IMG/VR virus record: IMGVR_UViG_3300009826_000006
Location: 1-53,197 of that record
DNA length: 53,197 bases
DNA from: a virus
Strand: one strand, 5' to 3'
Position 1 is the stretch's first letter. Each line of letters starts with the position of its first letter. The notes below the pieces were generated by a model. That model did no database searches. It was given only the letters and a program-made list of their open reading frames with translations, and was not told the origin of the DNA. The translations under genes were made by a program, and so were the position numbers. Positions 16,168 to 24,944 of this stretch are shown here, in pieces.

Positions 16168-16951
16168 GGCACCTAACGATGTATTTGAAGATGTACAGAA
16201 CCTAACAGATGGGGACTATGCTCTCTGCCATCTTTTGGAAGAAGGTAATATTGCGTATGTCAATCATTTCATCAATGCTCGTAGAGTAGGTAGAGAAATT
16301 ATGCTTGATAACTCTGTTTATGAGTTGGGAGAGGCTGTTAGTTTTGCGGTACTTTATAGGTGGTCAAATATATTAGAGCCTGACTGGCTATTTTTACCTG
16401 ACGTAATGCATAATGCAGTTGAAACAATTGCTAATGCTCATAAGTATATTATGACTTATGACATTCCTAAGCGTACTAAACTTGTAGGCGTTATACAAGG
16501 TAACGACTACCAAGAGGTAGTAGAGTGTTATAAAGCTTTAGCTGGTATATGTGATATGTTAGCTTTTAATTTTCAACTAGGTAAGTGGTTTGATCATTCT
16601 TTTCAAGGCAGAGTAAAAACACTTTTACAGCTAGAAGAAGATAATATCATACGTAAGGACAAGCTTCATCATCTGCTAGGTCTTAAAGTACCAAAAGAGC
16701 TTTTATATCACATGGATCGAGAGTACATTTACTCTATTGATACTAGCCAGCCCGTAATGTGGGGATTAAGTGCGGGTGAATACACCAATTTAGATCCTCT
16801 AACATGCTCTTTTAAAATGCCTGGTAAGTTATATAACCATGTCAATCGTGAAACATCATTTTTAGAGCGTGCCGCTATATTATCTAATATTAAATCCTTC
16901 AGAGCGTTTGTTAGAGGTGAGGAGGATACAAATGTTGCAGCAACTAGTTAG
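16151..16951 (+). CDS. dpdA: DpdA-like tRNA-guanine transglycosylase homolog (putative DNA 7-deazaguanine inserter)
   Basis: LDNSVYELG (cf. TGT DSGGFQ), LVGVIQGNDYQE (cf. LFGIVQGG), HLLGL (cf. HLxGxG), YSIDTSQP (cf. xFDCxxP). Confidence 0.6.
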   Translation: MKIYHEAPNDVFEDVQNLTDGDYALCHLLEEGNIAYVNHFINARRVGREIMLDNSVYELGEAVSFAVLYRWSNILEPDWLFLPDVMHNAVETIANAHKYIMTYDIPKRTKLVGVIQGNDYQEVVECYKALAGICDMLAFNFQLGKWFDHSFQGRVKTLLQLEEDNIIRKDKLHHLLGLKVPKELLYHMDREYIYSIDTSQPVMWGLSAGEYTNLDPLTCSFKMPGKLYNHVNRETSFLERAAILSNIKSFRAFVRGEEDTNVAATS

Positions 16952-18986
16952 GCAAATTGCTCCCTGTGTAGATATAAATAAACTTAAAGTATCTAGAGAT
17001 GGCCCTCTATGGGGTAAAGTTATAAACGGCATTTTATACATTCCACCTATGCCTGTGCTACAAAAAAATATCATTGAACTAGATAAGTTTGTAGAGGGCC
17101 TTAAAGTGTTTGCTTTACGAGAAAGCTCTGAAGGGGAAGTCCATGTATGGGAAGAGGATAAACTTGAATTGTTGAATATTCATACTACAGACCAGCTTAA
17201 AGAACTTCACAAGTTTTTACGTATAGCAGGTACTGTAGCAGTTGATATTGAAACACGTAGAATCGAATGGGAAGATAATAAAATGCTTGCCATTGGTTTT
17301 GCGTGGGATGGTTGTAGGGCGGTTGCAATTGAGTGGTCTAAACTTACATCCGAGACACTTGAGGTGTTGCAAGGCATCCTTTCAGATACGTCAATAACAT
17401 TTATTTGGCATAATGGCAAGTTCGACTGTACGCGCTTAAAGTATCTAGCAGGTATAGATGCTCGCGTAGATGAAGATACCATGCTGCAACATTATGCTTG
17501 TATCAATGAGCGTAAGGGTACTCATAGTCTTAAGGACCTAGGTCCCCTTTATCTACAAGCCCCTCAGTGGGATGATGAGCTTACTCGTATACGTAAAGAG
17601 TATGCTCGACGTAATAAATGCACTCTTAAAGAGTTTATGTTTGATATGCTGCCTATGAATGTGCTTCTTCCATATATGCAGAGGGACTGTATAGCTACAT
17701 GGAAGTTGCATTTTCTTTTTAAACAGCTATATAATGAAGGTACTGAGCCTATATATAAGATGCTATGTAAGGCAGCTAATGTATTTAGAGATATAGAGCT
17801 AAAAGGTTTTCAGCTAGACATGGAGTACATGGAAGATTTAGAAGTTATCTTAGATAGAGAATTTGCTATAGCTGAAGCTACTCTTAACAAAAGTGTAGAT
17901 AAGATGTGGGATCCTTATCTATATGTTAAAGAGAGTGGTGCAAAATCTATTCCCACGTCTTTTAATCTAAAATCTCCTAAACAGCTTAAGTGGCTTTTAG
18001 AGAAAGCGGTAGGCCATAAAATCTCAGGTACAGGTGCTGATATTATAGAAGACTTACGAGGAGATAATCCAGAGCATGATGCGTTACTTATGGCTCTTAA
18101 AACTGTGCGTAAGCTTTCTAAGCAAATTGACACATATATATGTGGATTTAGAGAAAGAGTTTGTAGGGATCATCGCATACGTGGTTCTTTTAACCTTCAA
18201 GGAACTGAAACAGGTAGATTGTCGTCTAGTGAACCTAATATGCAGAATGTGCCTAGAGAAGGTTCGATAAAAGGAATTTTCATATCTGCACCAAGTAAGA
18301 GACTGTTACAGCTTGACTATTCTCAGGCGGAAGTTAGGGTATTAGCTTATTTGTCTGGTGATAAGTTCCTTTTCAAAATGTATCAGGAAGGGCGAGATAT
18401 TCACAGTGAAATGGCGCATATAGTCTTCGGAGAAAACTTTACTGAAGAAGAGCGTGTAGCCTGTAAGACTGTAATATTTGGCTCAATATATGGTCGTGGA
18501 CCTGCATCGGTTGCTGAGCAGATAGGTTGCAACATGTCTGAAGCGCGTGCGCTTATTCAGAAGGTGTTTGACTATATGCCCCAAGCAAAAGTCTGGATTG
18601 ATAATAGGCGCGTTATGGCTTCCAGGGGCGAAGAGTGTATAAATGCTTTAGGGCGTAGAAGACATTTTGTTATTACCGATCAGAGTGCTTTGAACCATAT
18701 TCAAAACGAGTATATAAATACACCAGTACAATCTTTGGCTTCCGATTTCACACTCTTATCAGTAATGGAAATACATGAGGCTCTTGAGGTAAAGGGCTTG
18801 TGCGCTCACATTATATCTATGGTTCATGATTCTGTAATACTAGAAGTTCATCCAGACCATTTAGAGGAGGTTGCCCAGCTAGGTACAGAAATCATGTCTA
18901 CATTGCCTCGAAGAGTTTTGCCAGATTGCCTAGTACCTTTCAAAGTAGATATAAAATCGGGATATAGATGGAGTGAGATATCATGA
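16932..18986 (+). CDS. family A DNA polymerase with 3'-5' exonuclease domain; start moved to ATG 16932
   Basis: VAVDIETR (ExoI), DYSQAEVRVLA (motif A), KTVIFGSIYG (motif B), VHDS (motif C); GAGGAGGA SD. Confidence 0.9.
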   Translation: MLQQLVRQIAPCVDINKLKVSRDGPLWGKVINGILYIPPMPVLQKNIIELDKFVEGLKVFALRESSEGEVHVWEEDKLELLNIHTTDQLKELHKFLRIAGTVAVDIETRRIEWEDNKMLAIGFAWDGCRAVAIEWSKLTSETLEVLQGILSDTSITFIWHNGKFDCTRLKYLAGIDARVDEDTMLQHYACINERKGTHSLKDLGPLYLQAPQWDDELTRIRKEYARRNKCTLKEFMFDMLPMNVLLPYMQRDCIATWKLHFLFKQLYNEGTEPIYKMLCKAANVFRDIELKGFQLDMEYMEDLEVILDREFAIAEATLNKSVDKMWDPYLYVKESGAKSIPTSFNLKSPKQLKWLLEKAVGHKISGTGADIIEDLRGDNPEHDALLMALKTVRKLSKQIDTYICGFRERVCRDHRIRGSFNLQGTETGRLSSSEPNMQNVPREGSIKGIFISAPSKRLLQLDYSQAEVRVLAYLSGDKFLFKMYQEGRDIHSEMAHIVFGENFTEEERVACKTVIFGSIYGRGPASVAEQIGCNMSEARALIQKVFDYMPQAKVWIDNRRVMASRGEECINALGRRRHFVITDQSALNHIQNEYINTPVQSLASDFTLLSVMEIHEALEVKGLCAHIISMVHDSVILEVHPDHLEEVAQLGTEIMSTLPRRVLPDCLVPFKVDIKSGYRWSEIS

Positions 18987-19336
18987 CCTTTGAAATATGC
19001 TGTGAAATATCTCTTAGGCTAGTAGATCAGAATATATCACTACAAGAATGGGCACAGGGTGAAATTGCAATTCTACTAGGAGGTGTAAGAGTAAGTACTA
19101 TCATGTATATTACTTTATTAATAGTTACTATGGTTGCTATAGTTGTTTGGGTTAGCTTATCTTTATATATTAAGTGGCGCACTATGAAGATTCTAGAGCA
19201 AGCACCTTTATACCGTAATAAAGGTATACACAAACCTGTAATATCTGAGAAAGGCTTAAGAGATGCTGCTATGAGAGTGGCCTCTATAGTAGGCGGAGAT
19301 AGAAAAGAAAGGCTGTTGGAGGTAAAGAAATCATGA
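18983..19336 (+). CDS. membrane protein (117 aa)
   Basis: TM segment YITLLIVTMVAIVVWVSLSLYI. Confidence 0.55.
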   Translation: MTFEICCEISLRLVDQNISLQEWAQGEIAILLGGVRVSTIMYITLLIVTMVAIVVWVSLSLYIKWRTMKILEQAPLYRNKGIHKPVISEKGLRDAAMRVASIVGGDRKERLLEVKKS

Positions 19337-19746
19337 CCATACTTTCTATTGATCCAGGAGAGTCTACTGGGTGGGTAACGTGGCTATCAGGTGCTGATAG
19401 GTTGCAGGGAGGTACAATTAAGCATAATAGAAAACAGTTGTGGAATCTCTTAACAACAATTCAACCAGCTATAATTGTATTTGAAGAGTTTGTACTCTAT
19501 CCTACACATGCTAAAAGTCTTATCTGGAACACTTTTTATACTTGTGAGATAATAGGCATCATAAAATTATACGTAGATTTAACTCCAAACGTAAAATTAG
19601 TTAAACAATCAGCTAGCAATAAAAAGTATAGTGGAGCGAAGTCATCAGATGAGTTATGGCAGAGCTTAATAGGTAAGACGACAAATCACACTTTTGATGC
19701 TTATATACATCTTGTATATTATCTACGTACAAATAAAAGGAGCTAA
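19333..19746 (+). CDS. RuvC-like Holliday junction resolvase
   Basis: ILSIDPGESTGW, VFEEF, HTFDAY acidic catalytic positions. Confidence 0.7.
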   Translation: MTILSIDPGESTGWVTWLSGADRLQGGTIKHNRKQLWNLLTTIQPAIIVFEEFVLYPTHAKSLIWNTFYTCEIIGIIKLYVDLTPNVKLVKQSASNKKYSGAKSSDELWQSLIGKTTNHTFDAYIHLVYYLRTNKRS

Positions 19747-19759
19747 CAATTATGCTTAA

Positions 19760-20116
19760 GTGGTTGTGAATACAAAAGTTGGGCATGAGGTTACTCTTAG
19801 GCAAATTTGCTCTACTAGTCCACCTTTTGCCACAGAGATTACTCAAACAAGTACTAGTCTTGTATTAACATGTGAGTTACCTTGCAAACCTCTTACACAA
19901 ATTGAGCTTGACCCTACAACTATGTTACGCATTGCTGAGTACAATGCCGAAGGTACTGTAGCAGAACTTTTAGAGACAATAGTTGAGCTTAAGAAAGAAA
20001 AGGACAATCTCCAAAAGGAGATTAGTTGTGTAATGGATAAATGGCACAAAATTATTAGTTTTGCAAATAAGTTTGGCAGCGATGGCCAAGAGCTTCCCGA
20101 GTATGACTACGACTAA
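19760..20116 (+). CDS. hypothetical protein (GTG start), last gene of the plus arm
   Basis: ORF followed directly by a bidirectional terminator. Confidence 0.5.
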   Translation: MVVNTKVGHEVTLRQICSTSPPFATEITQTSTSLVLTCELPCKPLTQIELDPTTMLRIAEYNAEGTVAELLETIVELKKEKDNLQKEISCVMDKWHKIISFANKFGSDGQELPEYDYD

Positions 20117-20137
20117 AGCACTGTAATTTAGCATAAT

Positions 20138-20170
20138 AAAAAGGTCTGAGACATTTGCTCAGGCCTTTTT
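20138..20170. terminator. bidirectional intrinsic terminator between the convergent arms
   Basis: AAAAAGGTCTGAG-ACATTTG-CTCAGGCCTTTTT; A-tract upstream and T-tract downstream. Confidence 0.8.
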
Positions 20171-20195
20171 ATTGTTACTTTACTGTGTGTGTTTA

Positions 20196-20954
20196 TCAGC
20201 CTCCGTAGACTCTACCGTGGCCTCTGCTTACATGCCCGCAGCCAAATGCACCCTGCACAAAAAGTTCTCCGCTACGGTGAGAGACCGGATGAGTAAACTC
20301 TGTGTAGTTTCTTTGGAACTCGAGTGTTTTAGCAGTGAAAGGCATGGTGGTTACTTCTACGTCACGGATGATAACTCCGCGAGGGTGACGACGTCTTGGT
20401 AGTAAATGAGGCATAATAACAAATCTCCCTTCATCGTTTACATAAAGCTCAATAAACGGACGAGGTTCATTTCCATGGCTCATAACGTCGTCCATGGTTG
20501 CTGTGTTGGCGAAACCGAACATAACGGCTGGGAATATCTCAGAGAGGATCTCTCTTTCGATAATTTCAGGGCCGCGCTCATCAACGTAACCGTCTCCATA
20601 TGGTAGGTGAGTGGGAACGTCTGGAGTTTCTGCAAGGCTATCGCCTGTTCTAACTTCTGCACCTATGTTATTGAAAATTTCTTTCCTATAACCGGTGTAT
20701 GCGGTTGGGTCAAAAGGCACGTTACCTACTACTTTGAACTTTAGAGGTAGCCCAAGAGTTTCAACGGGCACATGACGCCTAACCATCAAGCGGTAGCGTG
20801 TAAAAGGCTGAATTTCGCCTAAGCTACGCACGTTGATTTGAATGGCAGCATACACCTCGTCGGGATTATCCCATAAGATGACTTTGCCGCCTTTGAGCAT
20901 TGTAGGAGCCTGATGGTAAAACCAATCAGATTCCAATTGACGCATTCTGTGCAT
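20196..20954 (-). CDS. hypothetical protein (252 aa), stand-alone cargo gene
   Basis: AAGGAGG SD; bracketed by hairpin terminators; visibly higher G+C. Confidence 0.7.
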   Translation of the reverse strand: MHRMRQLESDWFYHQAPTMLKGGKVILWDNPDEVYAAIQINVRSLGEIQPFTRYRLMVRRHVPVETLGLPLKFKVVGNVPFDPTAYTGYRKEIFNNIGAEVRTGDSLAETPDVPTHLPYGDGYVDERGPEIIEREILSEIFPAVMFGFANTATMDDVMSHGNEPRPFIELYVNDEGRFVIMPHLLPRRRHPRGVIIRDVEVTTMPFTAKTLEFQRNYTEFTHPVSHRSGELFVQGAFGCGHVSRGHGRVYGG

Positions 20955-21035
20955 AGAATCGTCCTCCTTTAATTAGTTTAGGGTTAATTACTCCCTGTGT
21001 TTGGCCAAACACTTGAGGAATTAAAGACTAAAACC

Positions 21036-21067
21036 TGACCTAGGTCAGGTTTTAGTCCTGCCGCAAA
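21036..21067 (-). terminator. hairpin terminator after 21079..21675
   Basis: perfect palindrome GACTAAAACCTGACCTAGGTCAGGTTTTAGTC. Confidence 0.6.
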
Positions 21068-21078
21068 GCTAATTAAAG

Positions 21079-21675
21079 TTAAACAGCTACACCTAGACCT
21101 TCATCAACAGCGAAAGCTCGTGCATGCCCAAACATAGGAGGATGTACTGGACGTAAGCTTGATACTATGCGATGATAAAGGTTGTTTTCGCGTTCGCGTG
21201 CTAGTTCATCGCTACGGCGTTCACGCTCTATGCGTTCTGCCTGTTCACGGGATTTTTCGCCTTGTTCGACGGTTATTTTATAGGCCTCGAACTTAGCATC
21301 GTCGGTTGCTTTTTGAGTTTGGTAGAAGTATTGGGCTGCTTTTGCGTCGGAGTTAGCGCCTACAAGAGCAATTTCTTTTTTAAGCTCTCCAAACTCCCGA
21401 AGATTATCGCGGCAATTATCATGCGCAACATGAGCCGCATGGTTATAGCCATCATTACCGTGACCTGCCTGTTTAGCTAGCAGCCCTGCTGTTGCAACCT
21501 CTGCGATTCCGCCGTTATGATTTCGCTCACCTCGAAAAGCGAAGATGGCAAATATAACGAAGATGAATACAACTAAGATTACCATTACAGCTAGTACCAT
21601 CATAGGATCACTTTTGCCTGACGTAGACGTAAATATAGGGCTGTGAGGGCCTCTGGTTTCGTCTGCTCCCATCAT
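21079..21675 (-). CDS. membrane-anchored coiled-coil protein (198 aa), stand-alone cargo gene
   Basis: TM MVLAVMVILVVFIFVIFAIFAF; charged helical C-terminal half; AAGGAGG SD. Confidence 0.7.
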   Translation of the reverse strand: MMGADETRGPHSPIFTSTSGKSDPMMVLAVMVILVVFIFVIFAIFAFRGERNHNGGIAEVATAGLLAKQAGHGNDGYNHAAHVAHDNCRDNLREFGELKKEIALVGANSDAKAAQYFYQTQKATDDAKFEAYKITVEQGEKSREQAERIERERRSDELARERENNLYHRIVSSLRPVHPPMFGHARAFAVDEGLGVAV

Positions 21676-21778
21676 TTTGTTGCCTCCTTTATAATTATAA
21701 TATTGTGCCTATACGCACAATTCAAACGGAAGGCGGGGATGACCTTCCGTTTGCTATCTACGTATAGGAAGCAACCGA

Positions 21779-22084
21779 TTATTGCTGGATGTGTTTTAGT
21801 ATAGCATCTGCTTGGCCACTGTTTTGCAGTGCAGTACCTGCTTGTTGTACAAATGCAGCAGGATCGTTACTCTGCGCAGCCTGTTTAACTGCTAGCCACA
21901 TACCATGGCTTAGGTTTTGCTTATATTTTTCAGGAACCATATTTTCTAAAGAACTTATAAGTGAGGGAAGGCCTTGGTTGTAGGCTACGTCCATTGCCTG
22001 GTTCTTAAGAGTTTCTTGGTCAAAAGGTAATTTGATATTACTCTTGAACCACGACCATGCCATCCCGAGAATCGTTTTTAACAT
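21779..22084 (-). CDS. hypothetical protein (101 aa)
   Basis: ORF with AAGGGGA SD; 47-nt overlap with the upstream gene. Confidence 0.5.
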   Translation of the reverse strand: MLKTILGMAWSWFKSNIKLPFDQETLKNQAMDVAYNQGLPSLISSLENMVPEKYKQNLSHGMWLAVKQAAQSNDPAAFVQQAGTALQNSGQADAILKHIQQ

Positions 22085-22556
22085 TAGAAGAATCCCCTTT
22101 CATACTGTTAATATCTGCTTGCATAGTAAGCATCATTTCGTGTAGCTTATCTACTGTAAGCAAGGGTACTGCGCTTTTGCCTTTAGTAAATTTCGCACTT
22201 TCGACGATAAGCTGCCCCGTTAGGAAATCTACATATTTCTTGTAAAGCTCACCTGTATCGGGATTATAGTATAGCATTGTGTCGCCTAAACGAGCTTCTT
22301 TGTTGCCTAATTCTTGAATATTAGCTCCTGAAGATATAGGTTGGAATTTAATCCCAGGATCTGTTTCAATACTAAAATTGGTCGTAGGTTGAGAAACTTC
22401 TGGCTTGCCAGATAAATTTATGTTCCATTCATTTGTATCAGGAGCTCGCTGTTTTGCTTCTTCAGGAGCAAAAGGGCTAGGACCTACTTTTTGATTGTAG
22501 TATTGCATCATTGTACGTATATCAACAGGACGTCCGTATTGATCATATAAAATCAT
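22038..22556 (-). CDS. hypothetical protein (172 aa)
   Basis: ORF, ATGA-type coupling upstream. Confidence 0.6.
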   Translation of the reverse strand: MILYDQYGRPVDIRTMMQYYNQKVGPSPFAPEEAKQRAPDTNEWNINLSGKPEVSQPTTNFSIETDPGIKFQPISSGANIQELGNKEARLGDTMLYYNPDTGELYKKYVDFLTGQLIVESAKFTKGKSAVPLLTVDKLHEMMLTMQADINSMKGDSSNVKNDSRDGMVVVQE

Positions 22557-22807
22557 TTTTTACCTCCTACTAGAGATTCACGGCCCATAGCTTTTAACTT
22601 ACTTCGGGCAGCTGACATAATAGGTTTGTCACCTTGAAACCTTGCTGCACGATAAGCTTGCCTTAAACCTATAGGACTAGCTACCCATCTTCCACCTCTT
22701 TGAGTTTTGAAAGGGTATCTTCTTGTTGATGGTTTAAGGAATGCGTGCCTTGGCATATCTTGCCTTGCTTTGGAACCTATTGCAGGCGGCTTCCAACCTC
22801 TAGCCAT
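22553..22807 (-). CDS. small highly basic protein (84 aa)
   Basis: ORF; TAATG coupling; Arg/Lys-rich. Confidence 0.6.
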   Translation of the reverse strand: MARGWKPPAIGSKARQDMPRHAFLKPSTRRYPFKTQRGGRWVASPIGLRQAYRAARFQGDKPIMSAARSKLKAMGRESLVGGKK

Positions 22808-23037
22808 TAGAGTGCGCCATTAGCGAGCTTACTAGCTCTGTCAGTAAGTTCTTTAGGTACTCCATCTTGCTTGTATAAAGCGTAGTTGTTGGCCAGCATT
22901 TCATGTAGCTCTAGGTTAGAGCGTAGCTGTTCACAGATAATTAACCAGTGTTGGCGCTTGAGAGCATCATCCCCTGATGGCTCTAATGTTTCAATCCAAC
23001 GCTCGTGCCTTTCTAAAATACCATAAATTCGATCCAT
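22807..23037 (-). CDS. hypothetical protein (76 aa), first gene of a short operon
   Basis: AAGGAGG SD 7 nt before ATG. Confidence 0.65.
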   Translation of the reverse strand: MDRIYGILERHERWIETLEPSGDDALKRQHWLIICEQLRSNLELHEMLANNYALYKQDGVPKELTDRASKLANGAL

Positions 23038-23084
23038 TATGCTTCCTCCTTTTATATTACTTCCTATGTAAATATTATAATATA

Positions 23085-23127
23085 AAAAACCTATTATTTT
23101 CTATAAAACAGAAAATAATAGGTTTTT
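23085..23127. terminator. 18-bp AT-rich hairpin with flanking A5/T5, terminator-like
   Basis: AAAAACCTATTATTTTCT-ATAAAAC-AGAAAATAATAGGTTTTT. Confidence 0.5.
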
Positions 23128-23155
23128 GGATAGAAAAGAAATCCCCTGTTAAGTG

Positions 23156-23767
23156 CTAGGTAGCTTTGAAATCTTCAGTTGCTTGTTTTAGAAACTTACG
23201 TATAGTTGATTCAGACCATGGTGCCATTGCTGCGTTAATTTTAGCCCAGCTTGCTGCATCACAGTAGTAAAGCTTTAGTACCTTAATTTGTTTAGTATTT
23301 AAGCCTTTAGATTGAGCTATATTAAGCATATCTTCGTAATTACAATATTTTGCTAATCTGAATGTATTCCAAGCGCTTATACGCGCATTTACTCGCTCTA
23401 ATTCAGCTTTCTGAAGTCTATCTTCGTATTGCATGTCTCCAGCATAAGCCCATATACATGTTGAACCTAGAGATAGTATAATTACAATCATAGGCTGATT
23501 GTTGAATAAAATAGGAACACATATGCCTAAACCTAAATAGATAAGACTTATGTTAACAAACATTCCATAAGTCAACACAACACAGTATTTTGTATCAATA
23601 TGGAACCATGTTTCAAAGGGTTTAGTATATGCAAATTTACATATTGTAAATACTAGTATAGACATTAACATAGGTGCCATAATAGATAGTAAAAACCCTA
23701 CAAGTATGATAGGCGAGAATAAAACTCCCTCGCCTATCAACTGCTCTACAACCTTGAGCTTAGTCAT
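23156..23767 (-). CDS. polytopic membrane protein with C-terminal sigma-70 region-4-like HTH
   Basis: about 4 hydrophobic segments, then LNTKQIKVLKLYYCDAASWAKINAAMAPWSESTIRKFLKQA. Confidence 0.55.
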   Translation of the reverse strand: MTKLKVVEQLIGEGVLFSPIILVGFLLSIMAPMLMSILVFTICKFAYTKPFETWFHIDTKYCVVLTYGMFVNISLIYLGLGICVPILFNNQPMIVIILSLGSTCIWAYAGDMQYEDRLQKAELERVNARISAWNTFRLAKYCNYEDMLNIAQSKGLNTKQIKVLKLYYCDAASWAKINAAMAPWSESTIRKFLKQATEDFKAT

Positions 23768-24461
23768 GAGTATGCCTGATTAGTCCGCCAAGTGTCAGGA
23801 TTTCATGACCAATGCGACGCGCTAGTCTTTCGACTTTACCAGCACTGTCCCAAAACAACCAGCATGTAGGCGGATTGTTGGGTATTGGAATTATACTTTT
23901 TTCCATAACGACAGCTCCTTTCATCAATAATATTGCAAGTAAGAACAATCTGTAATCAATTGTACTTACTATTTGCCAACTTGGTGACATCATACCTATT
24001 GCAGGATAGCCTCTTCCAAATCTCATAACTATCTGGTATAAACTAATACCTAGCACGTAAAATAAGCTGTATCCTAATGTAAGCTCTTTGTCTTGAGTTA
24101 AAAATAAGGGTATGACTAATAATACTATAAAAGCGGATGCTGTAGTTAATACTTCCCATACAACAAAGCTTAGAACTGGCGTTAGATACTGTAGGGCGAT
24201 AAATACTATAAGCAAGCACAAAGATATAATTAAAACTTTTTTCCAGGTTATAGAAGTTAAAGTTTTTAGCATAAGCGCACTATCAATAAACCACATAACC
24301 CATAATAATAAAAGACCTCCCCACTCTGGTAACGTTGTCTCCACGTATTCTGCACTAAACCATAGTATCCCAAAACTGCGTATAATGGCAAAGAATATCA
24401 TGGTTATAATATAAGTTATGACGAGTAGGATAGTCGTAGTGTGTAAATGCGTATGCTTCAT
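23760..24461 (-). CDS. polytopic membrane protein (233 aa)
   Basis: multiple hydrophobic segments; ATGA coupling on both sides. Confidence 0.6.
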   Translation of the reverse strand: MKHTHLHTTTILLVITYIITMIFFAIIRSFGILWFSAEYVETTLPEWGGLLLLWVMWFIDSALMLKTLTSITWKKVLIISLCLLIVFIALQYLTPVLSFVVWEVLTTASAFIVLLVIPLFLTQDKELTLGYSLFYVLGISLYQIVMRFGRGYPAIGMMSPSWQIVSTIDYRLFLLAILLMKGAVVMEKSIIPIPNNPPTCWLFWDSAGKVERLARRIGHEILTLGGLIRHTHD

Positions 24462-24724
24462 ATTTTACTATGCTCCTCACGTATATGAGCTTCTAGCTTA
24501 TCTTTTAGCGTTTGTACTTCAGTTTTAGTTGCAGCTTGACGTAAATCATCACCCATACGGTCTACGGCAGTCTTTACGTGTTCGAGAGTAGCTTTCATAC
24601 TACCTATTGTCTCGCCCGCTTGGTGTGCTTTTTCCTTGGCCGCGGAATGTTTTCCTCCGAAGTATGTTGCAACAGCAATTGCTAAAGCGGCAACACCAAA
24701 TAAAATATATAACTCAAGAGACAT
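24458..24724 (-). CDS. N-terminally anchored coiled-coil protein (holin-associated or lysis accessory)
   Basis: TM LYILFGVAALAIAVATYF then a charged helix; sits in the lysis cassette. Confidence 0.5.
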   Translation of the reverse strand: MSLELYILFGVAALAIAVATYFGGKHSAAKEKAHQAGETIGSMKATLEHVKTAVDRMGDDLRQAATKTEVQTLKDKLEAHIREEHSKI

Positions 24725-24725
24725 G

Positions 24726-24941
24726 CTAATCTCCTTTCTTACTTATACATTCCTCACAGCATGGACATTTTTTTACCTCATATGAGGGTTTTGGTGGAAA
24801 CATATACATAAATACTGCTAATGCAATTACTTTAAACATATCAGCATTTTCGCCGTTTGTAATGGTAAGTATACAAACAGTAATTGCAATTATTAGCGCT
24901 ATTAAGGATTTAGTATATAGTAATATCTTTTCTTCAGTCAC
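24726..24941 (-). CDS. putative holin (two TM segments, GTG start)
   Basis: 71 aa, two hydrophobic segments, charged C-terminus, immediately downstream of the endolysin. Confidence 0.55.
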   Translation of the reverse strand: MTEEKILLYTKSLIALIIAITVCILTITNGENADMFKVIALAVFMYMFPPKPSYEVKKCPCCEECISKKGD

Positions 24942-24944
24942 TAT

